64,000 nt of DNA, from contig OZ024741.1 of assembly GCA_964016885.1 (NCBI GenBank), positions 45,632,001 through 45,696,000 of the forward strand, given 5' to 3'. A model generated the notes under the pieces. That model was not told the origin of the DNA, did not search any database, and was given only the letters and a program-made list of their open reading frames with translations. A program made the position numbers and the translations under genes. The stretch is from Eledone cirrhosa. Lineage: Eukaryota. This document shows positions 1 through 13,759 of this stretch, in pieces (within the stretch, counting starts at the first letter, position 1; each line of letters begins with the position of its first letter).

Positions 1-1378
1 TGCTAAATCCATGGCCTCCAAATACCTGATACTCAAAAACTTAGCAATGTCCAGTAGTGCTAAGTTTAACATTCTGATGGCAGACTTGGTACGAGTGATG
101 AAGAACGTGTCCCACATGTGCGACCCAACAGAAATGGAAAGACACATCCAACACTTCATCAACCGCATGCAGTTCTCTGGCTACAACCAAAGAGACATAA
201 TCAGAGTATACGAAGGAGCCATGTAGAAGTATAAGACCCTCATAGAACTGGACATGAAAGGAATTTTCCCATTATACAGGAGCAAATCATGGAATAGCTT
301 AGATAGGACTAGACATAAGATAGGGAAAGCCACCTCATGGTACGACAACCAGAGATACCAGAGTGTCATGTTTGTGGACGCTACCTCTGGAGGGAAATTA
401 GCTAACCAGCGTAGAAAGGCCCTGAGAAAGACCCACTTAAAGATTAAGATGGTAGAAAAGCCAGGAACCACCATAAAATCCCTGATCAGCAAAACCTACC
501 CTTTTAAGAAAACCCACTGTACTAATAGGAAATGTATTATACGTAAAGTAAACCCCCGGATAAACTGTAAAACTAGAAACGTAGTCTATAGCATAAGATG
601 TACAGAGGGTACTTGCAGAAACATGACAACAACATACATAGGCGAGACACCTCGTAGCATAGGTGAAAGGATAGACCAACACTGGGGGGAACTAAAAGGA
701 CGAAAAACGGTTCAGTACTATACGAACATGGCAGACAACAATACGACGGTAACATAGACAACATAGAAATTAGAATAATATCTAAACATAGAAATGACAC
801 AGCAGGTAGGCAAATCAGAGAGGCCAGCGAAATAGAACTTAGAAGGCCAAGGCTAAACAATGAATGGAATAACAACAACACCCAAACAAACAATACTGAC
901 CTAACAGAAGTATAAATAAATAAATAAATACATACACAAGCACAATAACAACAAACACATATAAACACACACTAGTAAACTAAGATAGAATACAATAACC
1001 AATACACAGTCACCCAAACACGAACACATATCAAACACTATACACACACGCAAACGCATGCCCAGAGAAGACAAAAAAAAATAAATAAACAGACTAAATA
1101 AAAAGGCGTAGGCAGACAATACAACAGGAGGAAACATAATAGTAACACTGACGATGTTGCAGATGTGCAACGAAAGAACTTTGTTAGACTATATATATGT
1201 GTTTGTGTCTATATTATATCTGTATCTTTGACCGTTGGTCGGTCAATGGTAACATTGAAGACCGAATATATTAAATTAACCGATATAAAAAACACAGAAG
1301 CGAAAACCAACCAAACAGGGAGTGTGTTCTGTTATTAATTCTGGCAATATTATTACAAATATGACCCTCCCCAAGTAT

Positions 1379-1380
<2 letters not shown>
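1..1380 (+). mobile_element. 3' part of a degraded Penelope-like element (end of RT + GIY-YIG endonuclease, 3' UTR, pLTR), ending at (TA)n
   Basis: ORFs 11-226 and 254-757 are in one frame split by a stop. They read ...RMQFSGY...PLYRSKSW...VMFVDATSGGKLA...C-x4-C...NVVYSIRC...TYIGETPRSIGERIDQH (GIY-YIG) and are followed by an A/C-rich UTR, an HHR and a (TA)n tract. Confidence 0.85.
1141..1190 (+). ncRNA. Type I hammerhead ribozyme in PLE pLTR
   Basis: TAACA-CTGACGA-T-GTTGCA(GATG)TGCAAC-GAAA-GAAC-TT-TGTTA: 5-bp stem I, 6-bp stem II, minimal stem III. Confidence 0.75.
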
Positions 1381-1434
<54 letters not shown>

Positions 1435-1702
1435 CACCCCGTAATCACACACAACCCCCCTCCCCCATTTCTACTAATAGAATCACTTTCCTACACACAT
1501 ATACATACACACAATATATATAGATTCTCTCCATCTTAACATACTCCCACACACACACATAACACCCACATACACACACACACAACTCCCTCCCGCATTT
1601 CTACTAATAGAATCATCTTCCTATACACACACACACAAATAAACATACATAACTTTACTTTCTTTATTTCAATAGAATATCTGAATTCTGACACCCCAGC
1701 GA

Positions 1703-2262
1703 ACCAACCATATTCACTGAACCAGAACAATTCTCCCATCCCATTTCTCTTGATCATTATCTTTTGCTTGTCATAAAATTATCTAAAAGGCTACAAAATA
1801 AATTCCGAAATACGGGCTCGAAATTTAATGAATTTGTTCACGTGACAGTCATAATTTCATTTATAACCAATCAAATTATATTTATCTAAAAAATGCCTTC
1901 GTGAGCCATTTTTTTTTAAGTAAAAAAAAATTCAAACAAAACCGACGCGAAAGCTGATATACTTAGTCACCTGACTACATCAACCAACCAAACTTCACTC
2001 ATATATGAAAAAACAACCTGCTATATTCACTGAACCAGAACAATTCTCCCATCCCATTTCTCTTGACCATTATCTTATGTTTGTCATGAAATTCCCTAAA
2101 AGGCTACAAAATAAATTCCCAAATACGGGCGCGAAATTTAATGAACTTGTTCACGTGACAGTCATAATTTCATTTATAACCAATCAAATTACATTTATTA
2201 AAACAAGCCTTCGTGAGCCCCATTTTTAAGTAAAAAGAAATTCAAACACTCATATATGAAAA
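1703..2262. repeat. Diverged direct duplication, period about 315 bp
   Basis: tattcactgaaccagaacaattctcccatcccatttctcttga... occurs at about 1711 and about 2024, and similarity continues for about 230 bp. Confidence 0.8.
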
Positions 2263-3807
2263 AACAAGCTGCCCCCCCCCCCTTGTTTGAAGAACTTTGT
2301 AACGCGAACTGGCGTGAAATTTATTATACTTATTCACCAACCAATCAAATTACTTCTCTAAAAACCTGGCGTTTCGAGCCACTTTTTTCCATATAAAACA
2401 AGTAGCATTCAAAGACCAACCAGATGTGAGAAAAACCACAGAGCCTCCATCCCAACTCTACTTTTGAAAAGCAGAAGAACTGCGAAACCGGTAAAGGAAC
2501 CAAATAAATATATATATATTTTTTAAATAAGACTCCAGTTGCATTTTCGATTTCATCTTTTTTTCTTTATACTTTCACTCGTGTAGGACACATCGGTTAT
2601 TTTTAATTTTATTAAAAAAAAACCTCACTTTCTAATATATATATACATATATATTCTATAACTTGTGTAACCGATGGAATCAACGCCATAAAGTCGCCTT
2701 TATATATTTAAAGTAGAAACATCGATTTCCTATTTTGGCACAGGACACGTCGTCGTATAAAGGAAGTTTATTATTGTCGAATCATCAACATTTTATTGGC
2801 CAGCGTGGATTTAACTACAAAGACGAAATGTAGCCGCTGTGAATCCAGGAGTCTTAAGAAAATATAGAATCTTTATACGGGAGCCATCTTAATACTTGTA
2901 TGTGTTGTTATTAAATCTATTTTTATTGTCATTTATACGCTTTTTATAATCTTTAATATCCATGGTTTGAGAAATATAACAACATTTTCCTTTCGTAATA
3001 TATTATTAGGTACACATCTTGGAAGCGATTCATTGAAATATCCAATGTTAACAACACACACATTGTGAGAATTTACTATAAATATTTATGGATTCTTGTA
3101 TTGCTATTATCTGGAACCTGCCTTGGTATATCAGTTTAAGTAATGCAGCAATGTATTTACGAAACTGGATGTGTACCATTATTCATGAAACATTTACAAA
3201 CCTGATATAACGAGATATACACATGCCTTCCCACCGTAAGTATTTCATTCACTCCTTCGTGTGGTATAAATCCATAAAATTTCTGCTTTCTTCTACCCAA
3301 CATTATAGTCTAGAAGTCGACTGTAACTAGCAAGTAACACACAGATTTGCTATTGTTGTGCTCGCTTTGGGATTCGGATCGTTTCAAAAGTTTCTCTATA
3401 AGGTTTGATATAATTAATATCCATGCGGGATATGGGTAAACCTAAAATATATTATGAGAACAACAGTTACAAACAGAAATTGCTAATTCCTAATATAGTC
3501 ATATATTCTGACAATGTTAGAATATATGACTATATGGCCTTCTAATATGTTTAGTATGAATACAATATCAAGATTGTTATATTCTACGAGGTAATAAAAG
3601 GGTATGAAGAAGTTCATTGGCATTTTTCCATATCTTTCTAATGCAATTTAATTCTGATTTGAATTTCACGGTGAAAACTCTTGAGTAAGTTGTCATTCGC
3701 TGAATAGACGTATTAATATGGTGTATATTACGAATAATAATAGATGTGCGTATCGTGTATGTATGTATCTATCTATATATCTATGTATCTCTACCTACCT
3801 ACCTCTC

Positions 3808-3876
<69 letters not shown>

Positions 3877-3886
3877 CCTCCCTCTC

Positions 3887-3942
<56 letters not shown>

Positions 3943-3950
3943 GGCCAGGT

Positions 3951-4003
3951 AATGAGTCCTGTTACTCCGGAATTTCACCTGTTCACACAGACGATCATCA
4001 GAC

Positions 4004-4006
<3 letters not shown>
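3951..4006 (-). ncRNA. Minimal type I hammerhead ribozyme in a 66-bp island between two (TA)n tracts
   Basis: Minus strand: TGT-CTGATGA-TC-GTCTGT(GTGA)ACAGGT-GAAA-TTCCGGAG-TA-ACA, with a near-palindromic stem-loop III. Confidence 0.65.
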
Positions 4007-4082
<76 letters not shown>

Positions 4083-4112
4083 GAGGCTTGTTTGCATATC
4101 ATTATTATTATT

Positions 4113-4568
4113 CCCCCGAGGTTAACTTTGCCTTTCTTCCTTACGGGGTCGATAAAATAAAGTACCAGTTATACACTGGGATAATTGCTGGCCTTGTGCC
4201 AAATGTAGAAACAATTATTATTATTCCCTTGCCATTCTGAGTTCAAATCCCGCCGAGGTTAACTTTGCCTTTCATCCTTATGGGATCGATAAAATAAAGT
4301 ATCAGTAATACACTGGGTAATTGCTGGCATTGTGCCAAAAGTAGAAACAATTATTATTATTCGAAAAGGGCGGTGGATTGGCAGTATCGATAGAGGGTTT
4401 GACGCCATGCCTCGCAGCAAAGGGTTACGGCCCTTTATGGTCTGAGTTCAAATGCCCCCAAGGTTCACTTTGCCTTTCATCCCTACGGGGTCGATTAAAT
4501 AAAGTACCAGTAATACACAGGGGTAATTGGTGGCCTTGTGCCAAAAGTAGAAACAATTATTATTATTC
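4113..4568 (+). mobile_element. Three head-to-tail tRNA-derived SINE copies (two 5'-truncated, one near full length)
   Basis: A-box-like TGGCAGTATCGA, B-box GAGTTCAAAT, core GCCTTTCATCCTTACGGGGTCGATAAAATAAAGTACCAG (resembles the Meta/MESC SINE core, from memory), tail GTAGAAACAATT(ATT)n. Confidence 0.85.
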
Positions 4569-5184
4569 TACAAACTCAGATTACATTTTTAATATATATA
4601 TATATTTCTTTAGGTTTATTTTTCTAATAATTTATTTTTCAATTTATCATTTTGCAATTTAATATTTTTAATTTAATTTAATTTCATCCTATAACTCGCA
4701 ACATAAGTTTAACGTTCCAATTTTCGGTTCACACATTAGACCATACAGATACCCATTATAGATTCTTTGGAGTAGCATTTTTCGTGGCATTTTCTACCAT
4801 GAATGTAGTGTGACCCTTACGCAGACTCTTTCTTCCTTTTTTATTTCTTCCCCTTTTTCTTTGACGGAGAGGTGGTAGTGCATTATAAGCATTCGCCCCA
4901 TCCCCAGATGGTCATTAGTGGATTCAGTTGCCATCACTTTCAGGGCGACTGGCCCAGGTGAAGGCAGCCAGTTGGTCAGTCATCCTCTTTGTCTCTGTCT
5001 CTGATTTTTCGGACCCATGGTTTTTTACATATTCCTTTGTTATATTCCAATACCTGATTCATATGGAACCCGGTCATTGAAAGGATCATAGTATAATATA
5101 CCTTTCAAAGATTTACACCAGTCCAGCCCCCTGTTATTTTATTTTATATATATATATATATATGCATACACACACATATATATA

Positions 5185-5240
<56 letters not shown>

Positions 5241-5946
5241 ATATATACATATACACATATGTCTGAGTGTGAGTGCTTTGTGTAAAGTAAAATCAATACA
5301 ACTATACATAATGAATAGACCAGTTATCTGTATAATGGAAATTATATTGTTTATACTGCCGCAGCTTAATATACTGATCAGCAACGCCGTAAATATATTC
5401 TATGTATAATTTGTCGTTGGTAGTTCATCTTTATGTTCATTCTCTAGTGTGCATTAATATTAAGAGTGTTAAAATTGAGAAACTAGTATTGCCTGACACA
5501 CTAATTATACTAAGACTAGTGAAGTTTAGTAATTTAGAAAGTATCCTACCTATGGTGCACAGACTGGTTTACTTCAAATAATAATTCTACTTAGATCATT
5601 TAATGTAGTATAACGTGAGCTTTGAAATGGTATGAGATGGGTTCAAACCCAGTATGTTGTGATTGTGTAGTCTATGGTTGATTACATCCAACATATTTGT
5701 ATAAAGATCATGGTAATTTTCCAGTATGTAGGAAACATGCTTATTATGAAAGTGTGATGCCAGAGATGTGAAATATTGCATGTAGGAAACATGCTTATTA
5801 TGAAAGTGTGATGCCAGAGATGTGAAACATTAATCCCAACTCTTGTTATTGTTATTTACCAGGGACAATGTTGAAAAATAAAGCTCATTTGGTCACACCA
5901 TGCGAGTGTCTTGGTCAGCCTATGATCCTCTCGGCTGAACATTGTA

Positions 5947-5981
<35 letters not shown>

Positions 5982-6070
5982 AAGGAATTGTGGTAATGAA
6001 CCAGATGGACCATAAAGCACCAGAGTACTCAATACTTAGGGTAGTAGAGTGGGAAATATGAAAAAGTATG

Positions 6071-6166
6071 ACCCCGACGGCAGAGCTCAAGCCGTTTCGA
6101 CGGCTATTTCCGGACTAAATTAGAATTTTTAGCCTGGTGCATAAATATCCGAACTTGTCAAGGAGG
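6071..6166 (-). ncRNA. Hammerhead ribozyme with U3-A8 core variant (family B pLTR)
   Basis: Minus strand: CCTCC-TTGACAA-GTTCGGATATTT...AAATAGCCGTC-GAAA-CGGC(ttgagctct)GCCG-TC-GGGGT. Confidence 0.6.
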
Positions 6167-7404
6167 TACTTCCTTATATGGAAATATTGTAGTTGTCGAG
6201 AGGATTGGTTAAAATTTGTTGTAAACACAAATAGGTCTATCATGGCATTTGGTGGGAGGTAGGGGTGGCTGAACTTGCCTGTATAACAGTGGGGGGTGAG
6301 TGGAGCCGGTCAAGCGTTGAAATTGATATGTATACAGCAGATTCTAAGGATAGTGTATGAAATGGAGGAGGGAGGTTATAGAATAGGTAATTCGAATGAG
6401 AGTAGGAGACAATAAAAGATAATAGAAATAAAAAATATATATATATAGAATTATATAGTGAGAAATGAATTAAAAAAATCACAATGCTATCTTACAAGGG
6501 ATCTAACACATCTGCTATAAGTAATTAGTAAAACGTATTCGGCGAATTCTATCTTAAAATTACAGGGGTGGTTGAACTGATGCTACAGAGGCCCGATGGG
6601 CTGCATTGGGCTAGGCGAAAAGGGAAAAGCAGACGAGGAAGAAAATAGGGGGTGGAAGGAAGTGATAGGATGAGACAGGGGAAGAAGAAGACATAGAGGA
6701 AAAGAAAAGAGATACATCTACCTATGTAATCTGGGGTTTCCACTAACTTATTCGGCAATTGGCGGTGTATCAGCCCTTGTCTACCCACCCGAGTCCTACG
6801 CAATCTGTGTTTGCATGCGGTTACCAGTTCGTCTTTCTTGTTTAGGAGTTAGTCCTTCGAAAACAGCATTTGTAATGTTTCCTCCGATCATAAGTTACAC
6901 GGACGGCGTCCTCCCGTGTAAGAGTTAGCTCTGGACAGTAAGCTCCAAGTGAGATTGTAGGTTATATTATTATCTTAGAGGTCCCAGATGTGGCCCGAAA
7001 GTGTAGTGGCATGTCGCCGGACCGGGTTTCGGAAAGTATGTCGGTGTTGATAGAGCCGGGTTTGAACTCACACGCGGTTAATCCTATATAAGTTTTGTTG
7101 GAGGTGTCCGTCCTCACGTTGCACTGGTAGATCACGTTATCTTCTCGGCATTTGTTGTTGAGGGGGCACGTAGATCTATCAGGGCAGTTACACTTCCAGG
7201 TCGGCTTGCCACTAATGTCTAGGCTGTTTCTTCCATAGGGGTAGATTTTCTTTGTTGTTTGAGGAGACGATGTTTTGTGCGAAGTTAGGTGTGGTGCTGT
7301 AGGAGAGTTTGATGGTGTTTTTGTTGATTATGTTGTGGTAGCGGTGTTGTAGTGGGAAGTGTTTTTCGAGGAGCCTAAAGCAGATTTTTCGAAAATGATC
7401 TGTA

Positions 7405-8310
7405 CTACCCATACAGGAAACCAACGCAAACCTGCACTACATCCACCGCCACCCTAACCACCCTAGAAACATCACCAATAACCTGGTTTAAAACATCTCC
7501 CTCCACATATCTCGTTTCTCCGCTAATGAACAGATATTCGACGAACATGCGCCTCATTACAACTAGGCCCTCAAGCGGGGTGGCTCCCGGGAGGAAATAT
7601 CCTTTTATCCAGCTTCCCTTAGCGGAACCAGCAGGCGACACCGTCGCTCACGCAACGTAACGTGGTTCAATCCTCTCCATAATGCCGAGGTGGGAACACC
7701 TATCAAGAAAATCTTCTTTAGGCTCCTCGAAAAGCACTTCCCCCTACAACACCGCTACCACAACATAATCAACAAAAACACCATCAAACTCTCCTACAGT
7801 ACCACACCTAACTTCGCACAAAACATCGTCTCCTCAAACAACAAAAAACTCAACCCCTATGGAAGAAACAGCCTAGACATCAGTGGAAAGCCGCGTGGAG
7901 GTGTAACTGCCCTGATAGATCTACGTGCCCCCCTCAACAACAAATGCCGAGAACGTAACGTGATCTACCAGTGCAACGTGAGGACGGACACCTCCAACAA
8001 AGCTTATATAGGATTAACCGCGTGTGAGTTCAAGACCCTGCACTACCAACACCGACATACTTTCCGAAACTCGGTCCAGCGACATGCCACTACACTTTCG
8101 GGCCATATCTGGGACCTCAAAGATAATAATATAACCTACAATCTCACTTGGAGCTTACTGTCCAGAGCTAACTCTTACACGGGAGGACGCCGTCCGTGTA
8201 ACTTATGCTCGGAGGAAACATTACAAATGCTGTTTTCGAAGGAATAACACGTAAACAAGAAAGACGAAGTGGTACCCGCATGCAAACACTGATTACGTAG
8301 GACTTACCTC
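7405..8310 (+). pseudogene. Frameshifted PLE RT-thumb + GIY-YIG remnant
   Basis: ORF 7690-8247 reads HRYHNIINKNTIKLSYSTT...PLNNKC...NVIYQCNV...AYIGLT...F..LHYQH...CNLCSEE and is collinear with the C-terminus of the intact 737-aa ORF. Confidence 0.88.
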
Positions 8311-9034
8311 GCCATCAAACCCCATAACGACCCGGGTGGGTAGACAAGGGCTGATACCCCTCCCCCACTTGCCGAATAAGTTAGGGGAAACCCCAGCTGA
8401 CCTAGGTAGATGTATCTCTTTTCTTTTCCTCTATGTCTTCTTCTTCCCCCTGTCTCATCCTATCACTTCCTTCCACCCCCTATTTTCTTCCTCGTCTGCT
8501 TTTCCCCTTTCGCCTAGCCCGATGTAGCCCATCGGGCCTCTGTAGCATCAGTTTCCCCACCCCTGTAATTTTATGATAGAATTGGCCGACCGATTACGTT
8601 TTACTAACTACTTATAGCAGATGTTTTAGACCCCTTTAATTTTGTATCAGTTTTGTTACTACTCCATTTCTACAATTTGTTTCTATTCTCAACTTATTAA
8701 CCTGTAATTGTAAGATAGCATTGTGATTTTTTTTTATTCATTTCTCACTATCTAAATCTATATATTTTTTTCTTTCTATTATCTTTTATTGTCTCCTACT
8801 CTCATTCGATTTACCTATTCTATAACCTCTCTCCCCCACTTCATACACTATTCTTAGAATCTGCTGTATACATATTACTTTCAACGCTTGATCGGCCCCA
8901 CTCACCCCCTATTGTTCTACAGGCAACTTCAGCCACCCCCAACTCCCACCAAATGCCATGATATACTTATTTGTGTTTACAACAAATTTTAACCAATCCT
9001 CTTGACAACTACAATCTTCCCATACAAGGAAGTA

Positions 9035-9130
9035 CCCCCTTGACAACTTCGGCTATTTATGCACCAGGCTAAAAATTCTAATTTATTCCAGAAATAGCGG
9101 TCGAAATGGCTTGAGCTCTGCCGTCGGGGT
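9035..9130 (+). ncRNA. Hammerhead ribozyme with U3-A8 core variant (family B pLTR)
   Basis: CCCCC-TTGACAA-CTTCGGCTATTT...AAATAGCGGTC-GAAA-TGGC...GCCG-TC-GGGGT; predicted cleavage after C9125. Confidence 0.6.
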
Positions 9131-9142
9131 CATACTTTTTCC

Positions 9143-9224
<82 letters not shown>

Positions 9225-9253
9225 TGTGTGTGTGAGTGTGTTTGTGTGTGTCT

Positions 9254-9304
<51 letters not shown>

Positions 9305-9598
9305 TGGAAGCGTGTCTTAGTGATTCGGGTTTAATGTGTTCAGCTACCATCGTCATCAGTTGTAGAGAGACTTGATTTCACGAGCAGACACGATGGCAAT
9401 CACTCTTTCATTCTCGCTTTTTCTTTGTCTTCACATAGTCACTCTCTCTACGCCTCTCTCCATCTCTGTCTGGTTTGTCTCTCTCTCTCTCTCTCCCTGC
9501 TCTCTCTATTCCTCTCTCTCTCTCTCTCTCTGTATATATTCACTCTGTGAGTGAACATTGCTAATTTTCTCGTTCATATCAAGAATTTGAAGACAATT

Positions 9599-9685
9599 CA
9601 TTTTCACCTGATGAGATCAGTGATAATTGATCATGGCTTTACGATCGATCTATCTCTTATTGAAACGTGTGTCGTGATTAAAATG
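9599..9685 (+). ncRNA. Degenerate hammerhead-like motif
   Basis: TCAC-CTGATGA-GATCAG...-GAAA-CGTGTG-TC-GTGA. Stem I and both core strands are present, but stem II does not close cleanly. Confidence 0.45.
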
Positions 9686-9749
9686 ATTGGAATTTTACCT
9701 TGCTTTCAGATTTTCATTTTGATAGAGAGAGAGATAGATAGTTATATAG

Positions 9750-9827
<78 letters not shown>

Positions 9828-10002
9828 ACACACAAATAGACTGGCAGACAAACAGACAGAGAGAAACAGAGTCTGCTGTGCTGAGAACGGGAAGACCACT
9901 AATCATAGAGTACTCAATGCATGGGGAGATGCAGAGTGTGTATAGAGATAGGTGAAATCCCGATCTGCGGCGCAAAACGGACAGGAGTTTACTGCCCCTC
10001 TG

Positions 10003-10063
<61 letters not shown>

Positions 10064-10372
10064 CTTTCTCTCTTTCTCTCTCTCTCTCGCATCAGGGGGC
10101 CCATGGTACAAATTATTATGATAGGCCATGAGTTCTATGTTGCTCTGAAATAATTACTTTTAAAATAACAAGTATTGCACATATTAAGTTCAGAACTATT
10201 ATTTATACAGATAATCATCTTATTTCATTATCAATTATTTACTAAATTAATTAATTAACAGCCCAAATCGGATTTAATTAATTATTCAATTAATCGACAC
10301 AATCAAATCGGATGTACGAACCTTAGCGGTTTACAGCAAATATCTAACAACGTTGTCCCATTGTGTCTACAA

Positions 10373-10558
10373 ATAACTGTTTCTACTTCAGGCACAAGGC
10401 CAGCAATTACCCAGTGCATTACTGGTACTTTATTTTATCGACCCCGTAAGGATGAAAGGCAAAGTCAACCTTGGCGGGATTTGAATTCAGATCGTAAAGG
10501 GACGTAACTATGCTGGAAAGCATGGTGTCTGACCCTCTACCGATACTGCCAATCCACT
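10373..10558 (-). mobile_element. tRNA-derived SINE
   Basis: Reverse complement of the SINE at 4367-4568, with A/B boxes, core and tail. Confidence 0.85.
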
Positions 10559-10819
10559 ACAAATAACATATGAGAGTTGGAAGAGAATTATTAGTTATTA
10601 GGTATGTGTGTGAGCTCGTAAATAATGAAGGTATAATTATCTTCCCTGTTTAACGTACATTACAAAGTAGTATATATATATAGAGAGAGAGAGGGGGGAG
10701 GGGGAGGAGGAAGGGGGAGAGAGAAAGAGCAGTAGTTCTACAACAGTTAGTTCACCATTACCTACAAGAATTGTTTCACCTTATTCCTTTTATATATATA
10801 TATATATATATATACATCC

Positions 10820-10857
10820 CGAGCTGAAGATCCGCGAAGGTGAAACAATTGTTTTCG
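10820..10857 (+). ncRNA. Minimal type I hammerhead ribozyme next to (TA)n; diverged inverted partial copy at ~10735-10782
   Basis: CGAG-CTGAAGA-T-CC(GCGAA)GG-T-GAAA-CAATTG-TT-TTCG, with palindromic CAATTG in stem-loop III. Confidence 0.7.
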
Positions 10858-10952
10858 CTATGGTGAACTAACTGTTGTGTAACCACTTCTACCTAACTCG
10901 TCCCTTGGACTGAGTGCTCTACCACTACGGATATTACCTTCCAGTGTTCCAC

Positions 10953-11004
<52 letters not shown>

Positions 11005-11047
11005 GCGTGTATGTGTGTGTCTGCCTGTGTGTGTGTGCGTGTGTGTG

Positions 11048-11138
<91 letters not shown>

Positions 11139-11215
11139 GCATATATATATATATATATATATGTATGACAAGTTCTATCCAGTGGTGAACCAACATATAT
11201 ATGTATATATATATG

Positions 11216-11279
<64 letters not shown>

Positions 11280-11885
11280 CACAAATTCATTCGTGCGTAT
11301 GTATGTATATAAATATACATATAAGTATGCACACGTACACACACACACACTCTCTCTCTATATATATATATATTCATACATATAAATATATACATATGTG
11401 TGTGTATGTGTGTTTTGTCGTGTGTCGCACGTATATTGGCTGCAGTCCTTATCAGTGGTGAAATATTGATAACATCGTTTATCAAAATGTAGATATTCTG
11501 CTGATATTTGCAATTATTGCTGATGCTCAGAAAATACGTATTGCCCTAACACATGTATATTATTCAAAATTAATTAGTTGAAAATTTAATATAATTAACA
11601 TCATTGCTTATAGCGTATGTTATGTCGTGCATATCTCTATATATTCAACTATATATACATGTGTGTATGTGGTATTGTCAAACCTTAATCTAAAACCAGC
11701 AGCAAGTATATTATCCTTAGGGAAATATACGCTCGCTCATTTATCATTTATCAAACCAACTATAAACATATATATACAGCGGATTACTTCCATTTGCGTA
11801 TTCAAGAGAAGAGGTGTACACATTTGTGTAAAGTTGTTGCAATATATTATTACACATTAATATACAGGAATATGTTTATACTCAT

Positions 11886-11933
<48 letters not shown>

Positions 11934-11974
11934 TTATATATACACACACACCACACACAACACACACACGCATT

Positions 11975-12014
<40 letters not shown>

Positions 12015-13129
12015 TTATTTTATATATATATATATATATATAATATATATATACATACATATATACATACTTAAGAGAAGGTCCTTGAGGAAATTTATAT
12101 AATTATCTGTTGCATTAATACATATATTTGTACATATCCATATCCATATTTTTATTTCTTCCAATATTTCTCAGTTGGCTATTCGTTAATATAATTAATT
12201 TTAATGTATTACGTAAGCAAACTACAGTGGTACTGTAATAATCAGTCATTTATGTTATATATTCTATAATGTAATATATAATTCAACCTTCAAGTTAAGA
12301 CGTGACTCGCCCAAAATTTAAAATCATACACAATCGTATGTAGAGTGTATGTACGTCTGTCGACTATTGAATATTTACTTTATTTTTTCATAATGTAACC
12401 GATTCTCTGATTATGCTGTTGCTTCAATTTAGATATATATGCATTTAGCTAGACTCTTGCGAGGTTATATTTTATAGGAAAGATCTCGGTAGTCTTAACG
12501 ATGAAGAATCACTGTCTTATCATGAAAAGAAATCCTCACCTATTCTGGACGCAAGTCGTCGCAAAGGTTAACCTCTGTCTGATGCTGGTAGTGCACATTG
12601 CTTGGAACAATGTGAAATAAAGCTTTTTGCTCAAGGAAAGAATGCGCCACGACCTTATGGTTGTAATATATTATGTTAATATGAATATTTTAGTAGTTTA
12701 CCTATTTGTATACCATTGTAATACCACAGAGCAACAAACAATACATCTCTTTCGATTGTTACCCTATTTTCATCAGCTAAATGTTGACAATATAATTGTC
12801 ATAATGTACTTTCGTTCTTCCACTGGTTTCACTCAACACACTAATGCCAAATTCATTTTCTCATTCCGTTATGTATTCACGGGATTTTGGAAGGCTGTCA
12901 TTTTCATTTGAATTTTACAAGCAGGCTTTTTTATTGATCAAACAACTAGGTTATTCAGCCTCGAAACCAAAGAAAAACGTCTATTCCATTCCATTCCAAT
13001 AAAGTTATTGTTTCTAATTTTATTTTATAATGTCAATTGCCCTAAAACAGTCAGAGATATCCGTACCTGATTTCAGTAAACTATATTTAAGATTGTTTCC
13101 GGTTAGTTTTCTTTCATTATTATTTCGAA

Positions 13130-13665
13130 ATGGCGGTGGATTGGCAGTATCGGTAGAGGATCGGACGCCATGCTTTGATGCATAGAGTTGCGGCCCTTGC
13201 CATTCTGAGTTCAAATCCCGCCGAGGTTAACTTTGCCTTTCATCCTTACGGGGTCGATAAAATAAAGTACCAGTAATGCACTGGATAATTGCTGGCCTTG
13301 TGCCAAAAGTAGAAACAATTATTATTTCTAAACTTTAAGGGTGGGGGATTGGCAGTATTGGTAGGAGTTCGGACGCCATGCTTTGCTGCATAGAATTACG
13401 CCTTTTTACAGTCTGAGTTCGAATCCCGCCGAGGTTAAATTTGCCTTTCACCCTTACGAGGTCGATAAAATAAAGTACCAGTACTACACTGGGATAATTT
13501 CTGGCCTTGTGCCAAAAGTAGAAGCAATTATTATTTCGAAATTTAGCGTGGAGAATAGGCAGAATCGGTAGAGTGTTACACAAATGCTTAACGCTATTTG
13601 TTCGGCTCATTACGTTCTGAGTTCAAATCCATCCGAGGTTAGCTTTCCCTTTCATACTTACGGCA
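13130..13665 (+). mobile_element. Tandem cluster of tRNA-derived SINEs (two full, one partial)
   Basis: Repeated TGGCAGTAT(C/T)GGTAG...GAGTTC(A/G)AATCCCGCCGAGG...core...GTAGAA(A/G)CAATT. Confidence 0.88.
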
Positions 13666-13759
13666 GACCTGTTAACCTCTAAAAACCCAAACGGGGAGTA
13701 CAATGAAAAAAAAGTACCTCAAAACGGGGATAAATGAGGCAAAATAGGCAGATTTTACA

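Larger units (their letters stand above)
5981..9143 (+). mobile_element. 5'-truncated PLE (family B) with long inverted 5' arm (5981-~7395 minus; ~7400-9143 plus), both ends at (TA)n
   Basis: 6060-7390 is a diverged reverse complement of ~7705-9143. The arms share EN-coding sequence, 3' UTR and pLTR. Confidence 0.9.

Noticed and set aside
12745-12782. Minus-strand CTGATGA...GAAA
   Set aside because: No credible stem I, II or III; probably chance.
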